This document shows, one piece after another, positions 1 to 9,475 of a stretch of DNA of 64,000 nucleotides. A program made the translations under genes and the position numbers. This DNA is from Candidatus Poribacteria bacterium (lineage in GTDB: Bacteria; Poribacteria; WGA-4E; GCA-2687025), in the NCBI GenBank assembly GCA_028818695.1, contig JAPPNK010000021.1, positions 47,269 through 111,268 on the forward strand, read 5' to 3'. Each line of letters opens with the position of its first letter. Position 1 is the stretch's first letter. Below the pieces are notes generated by a model. The model searched no databases. It saw nothing but the letters and a program-made list of their open reading frames with translations, and had not been told where the DNA came from.

Positions 1-1
1 G

Positions 2-748
2 GGGGCGGAGCTGAAAAAGCTGCTCGCCGAAGCGCGCATCAACGGAGAAGGCGTCGTTATTGACGCAGCCCGCCCGACAAGTCACAAAACGCGCGTCATC
101 GCGCGAAATCAGCAGGTTGTGCGCCTCGACCGCGAATCGCGCCTGCCAATCTCCGAGGAGGCGCGCCATGCGGTTCTTGAAAACGCGCGGCGGTTCATTC
201 CGTTCTCCGACGCCCTTATCATCGAGGATTACGATAAGGGAGTCTTAGACGCGGAGATGATCGCGGAGGCGGGGGAACTGGCGCGCAGGGCGGGGATTCC
301 GGTCGTTGTGGACCCGAAGGCGGAAAATTTCTGGTCGTACCGCGGCGCCGCATGCGTCGTGCCGAACGTTCAGGAGGCGGGCGAAGCGGTCGGTCGGCGG
401 CTGACTACGGAGCGGGAGTTGCGCCGCGCCGCCCGCGAGATCATGGAGCGGCTGGAGCTGGAGTTTCTGCTCATCACGCGCGGGCCGAACGGCATGAGCT
501 TGTATGAACGCGGCGCCGAGACGCGCATCCCCGCCGCCGCGCGCGAGGTGTACGATGTCACCGGCGCGGGAGACACGGTCGCCGCGGCATTCACACTCGG
601 CTTGGCGGCGGGCTTGTCCCCCGTCGACGCGGCGCGCATGGCAAATTGCGCCGCCGGGCTGGCGGTCGGGCAGATGGGCTGCGCTGTCGCAACGCAGGAC
701 CAGCTGCGGGCGGAGCTTGTCAAAATGGAACAGGAGAAAGCGCTGTGA
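2..748 (+). CDS. D-glycero-beta-D-manno-heptose-7-phosphate kinase (RfaE/HldE kinase domain, PfkB family), 5' truncated by window edge
   Basis: Frame is open from base 2 (GAELKKLL...KTRVIARNQQVVRLDRE). Motifs DYDKG, VVDPK, PN..EA, LITRG..GM and VYDVTGAGDTV are typical of the RfaE kinase domain. Confidence 0.9.
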   Translation, partial: GAELKKLLAEARINGEGVVIDAARPTSHKTRVIARNQQVVRLDRESRLPISEEARHAVLENARRFIPFSDALIIEDYDKGVLDAEMIAEAGELARRAGIPVVVDPKAENFWSYRGAACVVPNVQEAGEAVGRRLTTERELRRAAREIMERLELEFLLITRGPNGMSLYERGAETRIPAAAREVYDVTGAGDTVAAAFTLGLAAGLSPVDAARMANCAAGLAVGQMGCAVATQDQLRAELVKMEQEKAL

Positions 749-1539
749 GTCTAACGGTTGCGTCGCTGCATGTGTATCCGGTGAAGTCCCTCGGCGGCAT
801 TCAGGTTGAAACGGCGGAGGTTGGACGGCGCGGCTTTCAATACGACAGGCTCTGGATGGTCGTCGATTCAGACGGTCAATTCCGCACCCAGCGCGAAACG
901 CCCCGAATGTGCCTCATTAAAACGCATATGCGGGACGGAGAGCTGCGTTTGAGCGCGGACGGAATGCCCGACCTGCGCCTGCCAATGGAAGGCGGGCAAG
1001 GCGCGCGCCGTTCTGTCGTCGTCTGGGGGGACGAGTGCGGCGCCATTGACCAGGGAAAAGAACCGGCAGAATGGTTGAGCGATTTTCTCAAAAAACCTTC
1101 CCGCCTTGTGCGCATGGCGGACAACCACCGGCGCGAGGCGGGATGGGGCGATTCGCTCGTAGGCTTCGCCGACCGGTACGCGTTTCTGTTCATTTCAGAA
1201 GCGTCGCTGGACGATCTCAACAGCCGTCTAGAAACGCCCCTGCCGATGAACAGGTTCAGGCCGAACATCGTCGTTCGAGGCGCAAAGCCGTATGAGGAGG
1301 ATGAATGGAGCCGCGTTAAAATCGGAGAGACGCGCTTCCGCGGGCGGACGCGGTGTACTCGCTGCGCGACGACAGCGACTGATCAAGAAACGGCGGCGCG
1401 CGGCGTAGAGCCTCTCCGCACGCTTGCGACCTACCGCAGAACGCCGAAGGGCGATGTCGCCTTTGGGCGCAATTTCAACCACCTGGACATCGGCGGACAG
1501 ATCTCCGTCGGGGACGTTATCGACACAACTCAATTCTAA
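745..1539 (+). CDS. MOSC domain protein (MOSC_N + MOSC, YcbX/mARC-like)
   Basis: GTG start overlaps the upstream stop (GTGA). Motifs LHVYPVKSLGG, YDRLWMVVD, SLDDLN.RL, MNRFRPNIVV, YEEDEW and CTRC. Confidence 0.92.
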   Translation: MSLTVASLHVYPVKSLGGIQVETAEVGRRGFQYDRLWMVVDSDGQFRTQRETPRMCLIKTHMRDGELRLSADGMPDLRLPMEGGQGARRSVVVWGDECGAIDQGKEPAEWLSDFLKKPSRLVRMADNHRREAGWGDSLVGFADRYAFLFISEASLDDLNSRLETPLPMNRFRPNIVVRGAKPYEEDEWSRVKIGETRFRGRTRCTRCATTATDQETAARGVEPLRTLATYRRTPKGDVAFGRNFNHLDIGGQISVGDVIDTTQF

Positions 1540-1552
1540 AAAGGAGCAAACG

Positions 1553-2269
1553 ATGAGCGGATGGCTGCGGATTGCGCATCGCGGCGCGTCTGGGCATGCG
1601 CCTGAAAACACCCTGGCGTCCTTTCAAAAGGCGCTGGAGATCGGCGTGGACGGCGTCGAAATGGACGCGCGGCTGACAGCGGACGGGCATGCGGTCGTCA
1701 TGCATGACGGGACGCTTGACAGAACGACCGACATGAAGGGGCGCGTCGACGAGTTGACGCTGGCGCAGATACAACAGGCGGACGCGGGCGGCGGCGAGCG
1801 CGTCCCGACGCTTCAGGAGGCGCTGTCGATACTGCCGAGCGGCGTTCTGGCGGTGGTGGAGATCAAGGCGGTTGCGGCGGCGGGTCCGTCGGCGCGCATT
1901 TTGTCCGATTTAGGCAAAAGCGCCGAGGCGCTCGCCATCTCTTTTTTGCCGGACGCTCTCCCTGCCGTCCGCGCCGTGGATGCGGGCATTCAGACAGGTT
2001 TGATTGTCGGACAGCGGCTGGCTGAAGGCGATGCGGAAAACGGCTTGGCGATGCTTGAAGCGGCGCGCGCCCTCGGAACCTCCGCCGTCAGCTGCAACTG
2101 GCGAACCGCAACGCCTGAAACGGTTGAAGCGATCCACGCGGCGGGCGGAACCATCGGCGTCTGGACGCCGAACGACCCGCGCCATATCCGCCAAGCGATA
2201 CAAGCGGGCGTGGACGCCGTCACCTCCGACTATCCCGACAGGTTGAACGACGCCCGCTCCGTCAATTAA
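1553..2269 (+). CDS. Glycerophosphodiester phosphodiesterase family protein
   Basis: AAGGAG RBS before ATG 1553. Motifs IAHRGASGHAPENT, VEMD, VVMHD.TLDRTT, VWTPN and GVDAVTSDYPD. Confidence 0.93.
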   Translation: MSGWLRIAHRGASGHAPENTLASFQKALEIGVDGVEMDARLTADGHAVVMHDGTLDRTTDMKGRVDELTLAQIQQADAGGGERVPTLQEALSILPSGVLAVVEIKAVAAAGPSARILSDLGKSAEALAISFLPDALPAVRAVDAGIQTGLIVGQRLAEGDAENGLAMLEAARALGTSAVSCNWRTATPETVEAIHAAGGTIGVWTPNDPRHIRQAIQAGVDAVTSDYPDRLNDARSVN

Positions 2270-2280
2270 GGAGGAGAGAA

Positions 2281-4317
2281 ATGAGACGGCGAACCGCTGC
2301 GGCGTTGACGGCTGTCGCGCTGTTTTTCTCTATCGGCTGCGGCGATAGATCCACTGACCATGTCGCCCATTCCAGAGACAGGAAAGGTACCGCTTCCGTC
2401 GCCTATTCGCCGGACGGCAAAACGCTTGCGGCGGTGGGAGAATCTTTTGACGGCGACACGATCCTGCTCTTCGACGCCGAAACGGGGGAGGTAAAAACCT
2501 CGCTGGAAGGACATGAACGACTTGTCCGTTCCGCGGCGTTCTCGCCGGACGGCAAGACGCTTGTCAGCGGCGGCGGATGGATGGACGACACGATTCGAGT
2601 ATGGGATGTCGAAACAGGCGCGCTGCTCAAGACCCTGAACATTAGGAACGGCGACTATGTCGTTACCTTTTCGCCTGACGGCAAAACGCTCGTCAGCGGC
2701 GATCATAGAGGCGAGATACGGTTCTGGGATGTCGAGACATGGACTCAAACTGCAACCCATTCGTTAAGAGGAGACGCGAACTGCTTGGCGTACTCGCCGG
2801 ATGGAGAGAGGCTTGCCGCCGGCGCAGACTCAAGCCGAGCGGTTCATATTTTCGACGGAAAAACCTTCGAACTCGTCCAATCTCTCCGCGGGCATCGGGA
2901 TATGATCACATCCACTGCCTATTCGCCGGACGGAAAGATACTTGCCAGCGGCGGAAACGAGGGGCAAATAACGCTTTGGAACGCTTACACAGGCAAACGG
3001 CTTAAAAAGTTAGAAGGGCATGAAAGCGGCGTGATGTCGCTCTCGTTTTCCCCTGACAGCAAAACGCTTGTGAGCGGCGGCGGCGACAAAACGATACGGC
3101 TTTGGGATCTCCAAACGCGCGAGCTGATCAAAACGATACAGGACCCTGAAGGCTCCAGATCGGTCGCCTATTCGCCGGACGGAACGACGATTGCCAGCGG
3201 CAGCTTAAGAACCGGCATACGCTTATGGAGCACTGAAACGGGGGAGCTGATCAAAACGCTGAACAACGTTCAAAATGCAGTCCACTTTCTGACTTTTTCG
3301 CCGGACGGAGAGTCGGTCGCTGTGGACGGCTCAGGCACAGACCCGCGGGTTACGAATGTGAGCATCTTCATTCGCTTTTTAGACCCAAAAACGCTGCAAG
3401 AAAAGTTCAGAATGACGGATAACATGAAGGTGAGAGGCGCCCAATCGAGAGCCTTCTCGGCTGCGTATTCGCCAGACGGCAGGACGCTTGCGGTCGGAAA
3501 CATCAGCTCTACAGCTTTTTGGCGGCCGGACGCATACCACTGGGACGCTAAAAAAAGAGAAGATATCAAAAAAGAGTTTCTAGCGCTGGCTGAGCAGGCA
3601 AAGACAGACCCTCAAATACCCGAGGATTCGAGGGAGTTCATCATCGGCGAGCTGCTAGGCTCTGTCCGGCACAATATGTATTATCAAGTTAAGAGAAACG
3701 ATATTAGAGCCGCACGATGTATGGACTTTTCGCCCGACGGAAAAATAGTCGCCATCGGCAATGGTCTTTTTGGAGGAATCGGACTCATCCATGCGGATAC
3801 TGGAACGGTGAAATGGAGAAAATCAGGGTACAGAGACAAAGTTCGCTTTGTCGATTTTTCACCCGACGGAAAAACGCTCGTCAGCGGCAGCCTCAATCGA
3901 ACCGTGCGCTTCTGGGACGCCGAAACAGGCGCCGTAATACGCGACTTGAAAGGGCATCAAGGCATGGCGTACGCCGGCGCCTACTCTCCAGACGGCAAGA
4001 CGCTCGCCGTCGCCAGCTCCAAAACCTTAGCCGTCTGGGACGCCGATACAGGCGCCCTGATCCATACGCTGGAGGGTCATGACGGCGCCGTATTCTGTCT
4101 GGCGTTTTCTCCAGACGGCGCCGAAATCGCGACAGGCGGGCGGGATAAAACGGTCCGCCGATGGAACGCCAAGACAGGCGAACTCATCAAAACGCTGGAG
4201 AAACATGCGGCGCCCGTGACCGCCGTCGCCTATTCGCCGGACGGCGCCGATCTGTTGAGCGGCGACGCGGACGGGAAGATTTTGCGCTGGAGTTTGAATG
4301 AAGGAGGAGAGAAATGA
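2281..4317 (+). CDS. WD40-repeat lipoprotein (probable double beta-propeller)
   Basis: AGGAGG RBS; signal peptide ending SIGC (lipobox-like); many GH...[AV][FY]SPDG..L.SG..D..[IV]R.WD repeats. Confidence 0.92.
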   Translation: MRRRTAAALTAVALFFSIGCGDRSTDHVAHSRDRKGTASVAYSPDGKTLAAVGESFDGDTILLFDAETGEVKTSLEGHERLVRSAAFSPDGKTLVSGGGWMDDTIRVWDVETGALLKTLNIRNGDYVVTFSPDGKTLVSGDHRGEIRFWDVETWTQTATHSLRGDANCLAYSPDGERLAAGADSSRAVHIFDGKTFELVQSLRGHRDMITSTAYSPDGKILASGGNEGQITLWNAYTGKRLKKLEGHESGVMSLSFSPDSKTLVSGGGDKTIRLWDLQTRELIKTIQDPEGSRSVAYSPDGTTIASGSLRTGIRLWSTETGELIKTLNNVQNAVHFLTFSPDGESVAVDGSGTDPRVTNVSIFIRFLDPKTLQEKFRMTDNMKVRGAQSRAFSAAYSPDGRTLAVGNISSTAFWRPDAYHWDAKKREDIKKEFLALAEQAKTDPQIPEDSREFIIGELLGSVRHNMYYQVKRNDIRAARCMDFSPDGKIVAIGNGLFGGIGLIHADTGTVKWRKSGYRDKVRFVDFSPDGKTLVSGSLNRTVRFWDAETGAVIRDLKGHQGMAYAGAYSPDGKTLAVASSKTLAVWDADTGALIHTLEGHDGAVFCLAFSPDGAEIATGGRDKTVRRWNAKTGELIKTLEKHAAPVTAVAYSPDGADLLSGDADGKILRWSLNEGGEK

Positions 4318-6395
4318 GACGGCGAACCGCTGCGGCGTTGATGGCTGTCGCGCTGCTTTCCACTATCGGCTGCGGCGATAGACCCGCCGACAGGCGCAGC
4401 GGCGTGTTCACATCTCGCGGCAACCCCCTTGTCGCCTATTCGCCGGACGGCAAAACGCTCGCCGCTGTCGGATGGGACTACTACGGCGCCTCGATCAGGC
4501 TCTTCGATGCTGAAACAGGCGAGGTCAAAAAAACGCTGGGAGGGGATAACCAAGGCGTCCGTTCCGCGGCGTTCTCTCCTGACGGCAAAACGCTTGTCAG
4601 CGGCGGATGGATGGACAACTCCATACGGATTTGGGATGTCCAAACAGGCGAGCTTCTGAAAACACTGACCGCTTTAAGCGAAGACATTGTAGTCGTCTAC
4701 TCTCCCGACGGCAAAACGCTTGTCAGCGGCGGTCGGTTGGGCGGCGGACTCCAATTCTGGGACGCCGAAACATGGACGCCCATAGCAAGCGACCGTTACA
4801 ACGGCAGTATTGCCAGCTTGGCGTACTCGCCGGACGGACAACGGCTGGCTGTCGGCCTCGCCCAATTATCCGAGGTTCATTTGGTGGACGGCGTCACATA
4901 TGAGCGCGTTGAATCTCTCCGCGGACATCTGGACAATGTCGTTTCCGTCGCCTATTCGCCGGACGGAAAGATTCTTGCCAGCGGAGGATCCGAGGGGGAG
5001 ATACTGCTTTGGGACGCCTACACCGGCAAACGCCTCAAAATATTAACAAAAGCCGAGGGATCGGCGGTGTCGGTTGTCTTTTCGCCGGACAGCAAAACGC
5101 TCCTCGGCGAAAACGAGCGCAACATGGCAATAAAGAAAACAACTTCGGGATCTTGGGTGTCAGTTGCCTATTATTCACATGACGGCAAAACGCTCCTCGG
5201 CGAAAACGAGCGCAACAATATACGGCTCTGGGATGTCCAAACAGGCGAACTGATCAAGACAATCCAAAACCCTGACGCGAAACGATCGGTCGTTTATTCG
5301 CCGGACGGAACGACGATTGCCAGCGGCAACTTAGCAGGCGTACATTTATGGAATGCCGAAACGGGCGAGCGGATAAAGACGCTGGGAGACTATAGTCATG
5401 CAGTCCGCTTTCTGGCTTATTCGCCGGACGGCGATATCGTCTTCGCCAGCAACGCGCAGGGGCATATCGGAATGTTAGACGCCAAACCATTAAAAATAAC
5501 AAAGCCGTTAGATCCCCTCGGCTGGCTGACAGGTTCGGCGGCTCTGTCTCCAGACGGCAAGACGCTGGTCGCAGGCGCAACCAGTTCCGAACTTGTGTTT
5601 TGGCAGGTTGCCGCGCACCACTGGGACGATGACAAAAGAAGAGCGGGCAGAGAAGCGGCCAAAAAAGAGCTCCTGGCGCGGGCGAAGCATCTTGCATTGA
5701 ACGCCAAATCGGACATATCGCGCCGCTTCGCTGTCACCTTGGAGGACGCCGCGAATCGATCTGTTTATAGATTTCCCGTCGGAAGATATTTCGGGAGCGC
5801 CTATTGCATTGCGTACTCCCCCGATGGAAAAACGATCGCTGCCGGCGGAGGCGGACCAGATCACGAAATCGTATTGAGCGAATCTGAAACAGCGCATGTT
5901 AAAGCGGTCATAAAAGGCCACAAGGAACCGGTCCGCTTTGCCGCCTTCTCACCCGACGGAAAAACGCTCGTCAGCGGCGGTCTCGACCGAGCCGTGCGCT
6001 TCTGGGACGCCGAAACGGGCGCGGCAATACGCGACTTAAAAGGGCATAAAGGCATGGCGTACACCGGCGCTTATTCTCCCGATGGAAAGACGCTCGCTGT
6101 CGCCAGCTCCGAAACTGCAGCCGTCTGGGACGCCAAAACAGGCGCACTGCTCCATACGCTGGAGGGTCATGACGGCGCCGTATTCTGTCTGGCGTTCTCT
6201 CCAGACGGCGCTGAAATCGCGACAGGCGGGCGAGACAAAACGGTACGACGATGGAGCGCCAAGACAGGCGAACTCATTAAAACGCTGGAGAAGCATGCGG
6301 CGCCCGTGACCGCTGTCGCCTATTCGCCGGACGGCGTCCATCTATTGAGCGGCGACGCGGTAGGTAAAATATACCGATGGAGTTTGAACGACTAA
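4314..6395 (+). CDS. WD40-repeat lipoprotein, tandem paralog of 2281..4317
   Basis: ATGA overlap with the previous gene. RBS and signal peptide (TIGC) and the C-terminal ~150 aa are near-identical to the upstream paralog. SPDG-type WD40 repeats. Confidence 0.92.
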   Translation: MRRRTAAALMAVALLSTIGCGDRPADRRSGVFTSRGNPLVAYSPDGKTLAAVGWDYYGASIRLFDAETGEVKKTLGGDNQGVRSAAFSPDGKTLVSGGWMDNSIRIWDVQTGELLKTLTALSEDIVVVYSPDGKTLVSGGRLGGGLQFWDAETWTPIASDRYNGSIASLAYSPDGQRLAVGLAQLSEVHLVDGVTYERVESLRGHLDNVVSVAYSPDGKILASGGSEGEILLWDAYTGKRLKILTKAEGSAVSVVFSPDSKTLLGENERNMAIKKTTSGSWVSVAYYSHDGKTLLGENERNNIRLWDVQTGELIKTIQNPDAKRSVVYSPDGTTIASGNLAGVHLWNAETGERIKTLGDYSHAVRFLAYSPDGDIVFASNAQGHIGMLDAKPLKITKPLDPLGWLTGSAALSPDGKTLVAGATSSELVFWQVAAHHWDDDKRRAGREAAKKELLARAKHLALNAKSDISRRFAVTLEDAANRSVYRFPVGRYFGSAYCIAYSPDGKTIAAGGGGPDHEIVLSESETAHVKAVIKGHKEPVRFAAFSPDGKTLVSGGLDRAVRFWDAETGAAIRDLKGHKGMAYTGAYSPDGKTLAVASSETAAVWDAKTGALLHTLEGHDGAVFCLAFSPDGAEIATGGRDKTVRRWSAKTGELIKTLEKHAAPVTAVAYSPDGVHLLSGDAVGKIYRWSLND
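5092..5217 (+). repeat. Exact 33-bp direct repeat inside a WD40 gene (5092-5124 and 5185-5217, 93-bp period)
   Basis: GCAAAACGCTCCTCGGCGAAAACGAGCGCAACA occurs twice, encoding KTLLGENERN twice. Confidence 0.9.
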
Positions 6396-6417
6396 GCGAA
6401 AGCAGAAAAGGACGCGG

Positions 6418-7536
6418 ATGAGGAAACAGAACGCCTTATGGGCATGCGTCGCGGCATTCTTGATATTGACAGGCTGCGGCGACAAAGCGCGCAAGGACGC
6501 CTACTACCCAGTCATTGGCAGCGGCGCCATCCTTGCGCTCGCGTTCTCTCCGGACGGAAAGACGCTCGCCAGCGGACACTACAGGGTGCATCGCTCTCAG
6601 ACGGAAGCTCGGTTGTGGGACGTGAAAACAGGAGAAAAGAAAGCGACTCTGGAGGGGCATCATAATAGAATCGGAACGCTGACATTCTCTCCGGACGGAA
6701 AGACGCTCGCCAGCGGCGCCTCCGACAGAACGGCGCGGCTATGGAGTGCCGAAACAGGAGAGCCAATCCAAACCTTTACCACAACGACGACGGCCAGCGG
6801 CGTTCCAGCATGGCGCATCGTTTCCGCCGCATTCGCCGCCGATGGAAAAAACCTCGCGGCAATTGACAACTTCGGAGGCGTCATCGTTTGGAACCCAGAC
6901 ACGGGCAGTCCAGCAAGAAATCCGATACAGATATCGACGATGCAGATACGGCTCACCGGCATTGATGTCTCAGCCTTTTCGCCCGACGGGCAACTGATTG
7001 CTGTCAACGAAATGAGGGGGAAAGTTCTCCTCATGGACGCGGTTACAGGCGAACATATCCGCGTTATGAAAGGCCATTCGTATCGCATTCATGCGCTCGC
7101 CTTCTCACCCGACAGCTCAACGCTTGCCAGCGGCAGTTTTGACTGGTCAATACTGCTTTGGGACCCTTACACAGGCAAGCGGCTCAAACGGCTCAAAGGG
7201 CATGAAAGCAGAGTACTGTGCTTGGCGTTTTCGCCGGACGGAAAAACGCTTGCCAGCGGCTGCATTTCTCCGCGGAAAGAGACGATAGACTGGCTTAGAC
7301 TGAAAGGTGAGCGCGGGAAAATAATGGATTTAAAACACGGCGATTTAAGCGAAGAAACGCTGCGCCTTTGGGATGTGAAGACAGGCGCCCATCTGAAAAC
7401 GCTGGACGGCCATAAAATGGCGGTCTGGTCGGTCGCGTTCTCTCCGGACGGAAAAACGCTCGCCAGCGGCGGCGCGGATCAAACCGTTCGCATCTGGAAC
7501 GTGAAAACGGGGGAACTGATCAAGACGCTCAAATGA
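6418..7536 (+). CDS. WD40-repeat lipoprotein (single propeller)
   Basis: Signal peptide with LTGC lipobox; about 7 AFSPDG..LASG repeats. Confidence 0.92.
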   Translation: MRKQNALWACVAAFLILTGCGDKARKDAYYPVIGSGAILALAFSPDGKTLASGHYRVHRSQTEARLWDVKTGEKKATLEGHHNRIGTLTFSPDGKTLASGASDRTARLWSAETGEPIQTFTTTTTASGVPAWRIVSAAFAADGKNLAAIDNFGGVIVWNPDTGSPARNPIQISTMQIRLTGIDVSAFSPDGQLIAVNEMRGKVLLMDAVTGEHIRVMKGHSYRIHALAFSPDSSTLASGSFDWSILLWDPYTGKRLKRLKGHESRVLCLAFSPDGKTLASGCISPRKETIDWLRLKGERGKIMDLKHGDLSEETLRLWDVKTGAHLKTLDGHKMAVWSVAFSPDGKTLASGGADQTVRIWNVKTGELIKTLK

Positions 7537-7900
7537 AACCAAACAATGCGCGGAATGAACCCGTTTAAATTCCGTTCCCGCGGAATATCATCGCCTTCAG
7601 GCGCTGCTCAATATCTGCCCGCCCGTTGACGAACGTTCAAAAACGTCTATAATCGACATGAAAGCGGAATGCGCAGAAGGAGGCGCCCATGAACAAATAT
7701 CGGAACCGAGTCGTCATGGCGGCGGCCGCAGCGGCGCTGTTCATGGCTAGCGCCCGCGCGCATGAAGACGCCGTTTCCTATCCCAGCGTCATGCTGATTG
7801 GACATACCGCGTCCGTTAGGGCGGTCGCGTTCTCGCCGGACGGCAAAACGCTCGCCAGCGGCAGTTTCGACGCGACGATTCGGCTGCGGGACGTCAACAC
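7425..7900 (+). repeat. Copy 1 of a duplicated segment (last WD40 blade + stop + intergenic/promoter + start of next WD40 gene)
   Basis: Matches ~8908-9475, e.g. GGGGAACTGATCAAGACGCTCAAATGAAACC and AGAAGGAGGCGCCCATGAACAAATATCGGAACCGAGTCGTCATGGCGGCGG. Boundaries are approximate. Confidence 0.88.
7626..7653 (+). promoter_or_regulatory. Sigma70-type promoter for WD40 gene 7689
   Basis: TTGACG-N16-TATAAT, followed by AAGGAGG RBS and ATG. Confidence 0.75.
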
Positions 7901-8744
7901 CTATAAAGCGACAGCGCTGAAAGGGCATGAATACGGCGTCTACTGCCTCGCCTATTCGCCGGACGGCAAGACGCTCGTCAGCGGCGGCATCGATTCGACG
8001 GCGCGCGTCTGGGATCTGAAAACAGGCAAAACCGTCCAAACTTACGCGGAGCATCAAAACACGATCATGCGCATTGCGTACTCCCCTGACGGAAAAAAGA
8101 TTGTCAGCGGCGATCTTGAGGGAACCGTCTCTCTTTGGAAGGTCGGCGCGGGAGAGACGATCCATCGTTGGAGCGTTGAAGCGGAAGACGAGGAGGAAAA
8201 GAACAGCTATATCCAAGCGATCGCGTATTCGCCGGACGGCAAAACGATCGCCGCCAGCCGAGGCGTATGGGAATCGGTCATCCTCTTATGGGATTCAGAG
8301 ACGGGCGAGTTGAAACGAACCTTCACGGCGCATCGATCTGACGTCAACGCCGTTCAGTTTTCGCCCGACGGAAAGTTCATCGCCAGCGCCGGCGGCAACG
8401 CCATTTTGGTCTGGGGCGTCAACAATGATCAGAAGTTCAAGATTCAAGTCAACCCCCAGGACGCGCCTGATCCGAAGTTGAGCGATCGGATCTACGCCTT
8501 GGCGTATTCGCCGGACGGCAAGACGCTCGCCAGCGGAGGAGCCGACTCCATCATACGCCTTTGGGACCTTGAAACAGGGGTTTTGAAGGCGGCGCTGGAG
8601 GGGCATACGGGAACGATCTATTCGCTCGCGTTCTCGCCGGACGGCAGGACGCTTGCCAGCGGCGCAGGGCAGATGCAATGGAATCTCCCCAAAGACCGCA
8701 CGGTACGCCTCTGGAGACTAGACGAAAACGGCGGCGGGAGTTGA
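7689..8744 (+). CDS. Secreted WD40-repeat protein
   Basis: Sec signal ([13 protein letters not shown]|HE); about 7 SPDG-type WD40 repeats. Confidence 0.92.
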   Translation: MNKYRNRVVMAAAAAALFMASARAHEDAVSYPSVMLIGHTASVRAVAFSPDGKTLASGSFDATIRLRDVNTYKATALKGHEYGVYCLAYSPDGKTLVSGGIDSTARVWDLKTGKTVQTYAEHQNTIMRIAYSPDGKKIVSGDLEGTVSLWKVGAGETIHRWSVEAEDEEEKNSYIQAIAYSPDGKTIAASRGVWESVILLWDSETGELKRTFTAHRSDVNAVQFSPDGKFIASAGGNAILVWGVNNDQKFKIQVNPQDAPDPKLSDRIYALAYSPDGKTLASGGADSIIRLWDLETGVLKAALEGHTGTIYSLAFSPDGRTLASGAGQMQWNLPKDRTVRLWRLDENGGGS

Positions 8745-8785
8745 TCGACAGACGGCGTATCATCAACATGAGACAGAGGGCGTCT

Positions 8786-9019
8786 ATGAAAAAATCTTGG
8801 GATCGAGCAATCATGACAGCGGCGGCGCTGCTGGCGATCAACGCGCAGGCGCACAACCCACCGGAATCCTACCGAAGCTCCATCTTGATTGGACATACCG
8901 CATCCGTTTGGGCGGTCGCATTCTCGCCGGACGGAAACACGCTCGCCAGCGGCGGGGCAGATCAAACCGTTCGGATCTGGGATGTGAAAACGGGGGAACT
9001 GATCAAGACGCTCAAATGA
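8786..9019 (+). pseudogene. Chimeric one-blade WD40 mini-gene (signal peptide + single repeat), probable recombination remnant
   Basis: [31 protein letters not shown]|H signal. ILIGHTASV resembles the start of the 7689/9264 genes; [25 protein letters not shown] resembles the end of the 6418 gene. Confidence 0.75.
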
Positions 9020-9475
9020 AACCTAACAATGCGCGGAATGAAAAAGCCATGATCAAACGGCGTCTGGCGGCTCTCGCCCGCCTCCCGGTAAACGCCATTC
9101 CCGCCCCTTCATCCGGTCATCCCGCGCGCTCATTCCCGTTTAAATTCTGTTCGCGCGAAATATCATCGCCTTCAGGCGCTGGTCAATATCTGCCCGCCCT
9201 TTGACGAATGTTCAAAAACGTCTATAATCGACATGAAAGCGGAATACGCAGAAGGAGGCGCCCATGAACAAATATCGGAACCGAGTCGTCATGGCGGCGG
9301 TCGCAGTGGCGCTGCTCACGACGAACGCCCGCGCGCATGAAGACGCCGTTTCCTACCCCAGCATCATACTGATTGGACATACCGCATCCGTTGAGGCGGT
9401 CGCGTTCTCGCCGGACGGCAAGACGCTTGCCAGCAGCAGCTATGATGAGACGATTCGGCTGCGGGATGTTGACAC
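8908..9475 (+). repeat. Copy 2 of the duplicated segment, with ~90 bp extra in the intergenic part
   Basis: Aligns to ~7425-7900 apart from extra sequence at about 9043-9134. Confidence 0.88.
9201..9228 (+). promoter_or_regulatory. Sigma70-type promoter for WD40 gene 9264 (duplicate of 7626-7653)
   Basis: TTGACG-N16-TATAAT. Confidence 0.75.
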
